Positions 58,790 through 64,000 of a DNA stretch of 64,000 bases are shown piece after piece. The stretch comes from Phoronis australis (lineage: Eukaryota > Animalia > Phoronida), in assembly GCA_002633005.1 (NCBI GenBank), contig NMRA01000035.1:600863-664862 (forward strand). Direction: 5' to 3'. Each line of letters starts with the position of its first letter. The first letter of the stretch is position 1. A program made the position numbers and the translations under genes. The notes beneath the pieces were generated by a model. That model made no database searches and was not told where the DNA came from. It saw nothing but the letters and a program-made list of their open reading frames with translations.

Positions 58790-60400
58790 TTTTTATGCGC
58801 CCAGATATTAGATGTGGACGCATTATGCCGTCATCTCTGTCTGGCCAGGTGGCGTCTGTCCGGCGTCCGCTGCTCTGTCTCAAACTGATTGACGTATGTT
58901 CATGAAATTTTACACACGTGTTTCTTTCGTGAATGGGGCAGCATCAGCAGGCTTTCTGACTGATCCGACTAGTGGTGTGCCCCCTAGTGGCAATTTTATT
59001 TTTTTACGTTTACCTCTATCTTCAAAGGTCCTAAACATATTTTCACAAAATTTTGTGTATAGGCATCTAGTAGTAAGATCGTGGAATCCTCTCTTTCGGA
59101 TGGATTTGCCGTAGTTTGCATCACCTAGTGGCCATTTTTACTGTTTTTGCAGACCTGTGTACCATACGCAAAAAAAAAGCGGATTTGTAACAAAATCCAG
59201 CTTCCAGTACACACAGCGAGGCAAAAATACCAAAATTCAGCAAATTCAATAGATTATTAATTCACTCGTTTCTTAATAAATTGCGCCAGTTTGTAGTAGA
59301 AACGGATGAGGAAGATTTTAAAGCTAGTAATTAAAAAATTGTGAAATCATTACTTCAGCCGAAAAGTTAGGCTGCAAACTCAGAAAATTTGTTACGTTTC
59401 AAACTCGAAATAGCATGATAATCTGCAAATCGCGAGGTGTCTTCTATTGGTATGTGTGTCACAGGCCTAACCTATAAGCAACGACTTCTGTGATTTGTGG
59501 ATTGCTTACTTCGTCTAAATACGTATTGTTGACAAAATGGCAAAGCATATTCTGAGCTGTGAAAAAAAATAGCTTCTGAAAGAAGGGAACCTCTGTTTTT
59601 GCCTCGTTATTCCTAAGAATGACAATGTCTTATTCAAGGGACTGTGGAATTTATACTGCAAGTCACAGTCGAGCCTTGAGGTCTTAACGCATGCAGTACG
59701 GTGGTACGTGTTTATGGACACTTGCACGGAATAACTATTCAAAACTTTTGTGAGTGATAAAGAAAATATGAGTCCCCCCGTGGGCAAAAAGTTTCTTAGA
59801 GAAACCAAAAGTCCATTAAAGAGGCAGGAATTCGGCAAAAGCTCTGAGCGCTGAGCAAACCTTTTTTTAGTGAAAGGTCCACTGCGAGAAATTCAAACCC
59901 CCACCCCTCTATATTTTAGGGTAAATTTGGTCTGTATGCGGAAATATGCAAATTACCTGAAAAATCTGCAAATCTGTTCTTCAGAGTACTCCAATACAGT
60001 TTTGGTGGCACACAGGTCTGTTTTTGAGTCTGTTTTTAGTGTCCAACCCTTTATCACCCGAACTCCTCTAAGCATGATTGTGAAAATTGGCATGGATGTT
60101 CTTACTATGAAGATGACAGTTGACAATGATTTTCCAATGACTTAGACTACTGTGGCGCCTCTTAGTGGCAGTTCTTTTTTTGTTGCTATCACGGCTGTAT
60201 CTACTAAACCATTTGCAATATCTTAACTTAACTAGTGTATTTATGTGATGTTGACAATGAACGACTGCTACTTTCGGACGGATCTGGCTACTGGTGTGCC
60301 CCATAGTGGTAATTTTAGGTTTTTACGTTTGCCTGTCTGTATCTTCAATGGTCCTCAAGATTTTCATAAAATTTTGAATATATGCATCTATTGGTGAGAT
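58790..60400 (+). mobile_element. Helentron/DINE-1-like non-autonomous fragments with internal repeats (58790-59140 and ~60050-60400)
   Basis: A TTTT start, a short inverted repeat atgcgcccagat/atgtggacgcat, a gtct/gtcc-type microsatellite, then repeated units (58969-59078 matches 60287-60400). Confidence 0.5.
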
Positions 60401-61102
60401 GATGCTATCATCCTGTTATTAAATTTAGTGAGTGAATTTATATAAGGTAAGGTAGCTGGATACCATAAAATTATGTTAGAAAAAGAATTCTGATTTTTTT
60501 AGCAATAATTTACACTCTATTATTACAAAAATTAGGTCATATGTATATGAGGAACTATGGCTGATGTTGGCTAATTAACCCTCATTTTTGGTTCTGATGG
60601 TAAAAGTGTTAAGCCAGCCAAAGTTTTAACTTGGTGCGGCACTTTTCAAACTCTACGCGCATTCTCCAAACTTGACACGGCAAAATTTAAACTCGTTGCC
60701 ATGTCTAGTCAAAACCGGTCGTGGAGAACACTTGTGTACATGTGTCTACGTTTCATTACACCACAAGGTACAGTAATTCATAAGTTAACAGTGAACACAT
60801 GTCCTCAACAAATTAAACTCTGGAAAATCTGTGCTCAGAAATAGAAGTGGCCGCATATTTGCTCGCAGTTATGTACCCGGACTTGGCCTTGTATAGGATC
60901 CCAAACAAAAAACCCCAACTCTGTTTGAATTTGGCGTTTTTACCCAGCGCTTAACTCGCTAATTTGGAGTCCGGCATTGCCAGTGGTTTTTAGCGTCTTC
61001 GGCAGTAAAGTCATAAACGGGCGCTTGGTTGAAATTGGTACTTACCAGGTCCAAAGTTTTCCACACTACGCTAGTACAAGTTTAATCTTGAAAAGAAAGA
61101 TT

Positions 61103-61198
61103 ATTTTCTCACAGTTTTAAGAGCCAAATCCCGTTCTGGTTCACAGCTGAAGTAACGTGCTGTGCACGTGACTGGGTGAGCTACTTTTTTCATATACG
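61103..61198 (+). promoter_or_regulatory. Candidate non-coding first exon / pyrimidine-rich (TOP-like) start region of EF1A
   Basis: Pyrimidine tracts (ttttctc near 61104, ctttttt near 61184) and a donor G|GTAAGC at 61199. A strong poly-T acceptor ends at 61985, just upstream of the ATG. EF1A genes typically have a UTR-only first exon. The 5' boundary is a guess. Confidence 0.4.
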
Positions 61199-62011
61199 GT
61201 AAGCATTGCCACGCACTGAGCAAACTCAATTGGGCCAATAATAGTGGGATTGCGTACAAAGTTGAAGTCTTTTGAGGTTTCTACTTTCATTAGATGTGTA
61301 ACCCAATCATAGACAAAACCATTCATTCTTGTGCGTCTTTCTACATTCTCACGCGTCAATATACGTCTTTTGGCCTGGGCGGATTTTTTCATAATTCTTT
61401 CATTCATTTGTTGGTGCATTGCGGACAAATTTAGGAAGTTAGAGCTAAGTTTTATCAGGTTTGAGCATGTTTGTTATATGTATGGCGCTGTATGCAATAA
61501 TTCTCCACACTGGCCGTGCGGGGGTTTTGTGTGAGGTCACCCTGAAGTCTCTTTGCTGATCGTCGTTGTGACAGTAAAAATAGATGACAATAGTCTGTAA
61601 TGCCTAGCTATTACTGTATATTGATCGAACTAAAACAATGGATTGTAGGTTTCGATAAAATTTATTATTCATAAATGCTAAAATTCTTTGTTAAGCAGTT
61701 CTGTTTGCAGGGGTTGTTTTGAAACAATTAGTCTTTTTTTGTCTGGGCAGTGCCTTCAGAGCAGTCATTATTTTTAATGGCTGTCATTGGGACTTCTAGA
61801 TGAGTAAAGAATTTCTATTTTGCAAAACGTTTTTACTGCTTATTTAATACTAGTAGAAAAAATACTTATTACATAGCATTTTATTAATTTAATTAGGTGG
61901 CATTTGTTATCAAAGAGTACATGTTTCAAAGCTGTCTCCACCTGGTCAACCTTTTTCCAGTGTTTTGTTGTTGTTTTTTTTGTAGACTGTTTTCACTGTT
62001 TTGAAAGCTGA

Positions 62012-63801
<1,790 letters not shown>

Positions 63802-64000
63802 GTAATCTTATGCGGGCTAGGATCGCACTGCGCCATTGTGCTTTTTTGTTACTGTCAGAGCATCGACACACTGACCAAACTGAACCTTAAATTCAAGATC
63901 AAACCAGCACAAGGAAGAGAAAAGTGATTTATGTTCATCCGGGAAACCATATAGTGCTTTTGCACGGCACCTGGGCACCACTTTATTCGCATTGGCGACT

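Overview
Eukaryotic, intron-containing, AT-rich genomic DNA from an invertebrate animal (gene types suggest a lophotrochozoan; this is inference). Six protein-coding genes were reconstructed by hand from ORFs and GT-AG splice sites with consistent phases: an intronless class A peptide-type GPCR (-), two tandem GPI-type Ly6/three-finger genes (+), a probably Ca2+-independent synaptotagmin (+), a secreted 2xTSP1 trypsin-family serine protease (-), and the 5' part of EF1-alpha (+). Intergenic and intronic DNA holds many non-autonomous DNA transposons (5-bp-TSD MITEs, one P-like element with an 8-bp TSD, Harbinger-like MITEs, Helentron-like fragments), a Penelope-like retroelement relic with hammerhead-like motifs, a ~920-bp foldback, decayed zinc-finger and PHD-like coding relics, and microsatellites. 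A 1.8-kb tandem duplication of the TSP1 exon joins at an N and is probably an uncollapsed haplotype. No prokaryotic systems or CRISPR arrays are present, and I found no clearly novel system. The best leads are a possible shared signal-peptide exon for the two Ly6 domains, structured RNA candidates and duplicated splice donors in EF1A introns, and TE-borne CTCF-like motifs upstream of EF1A.
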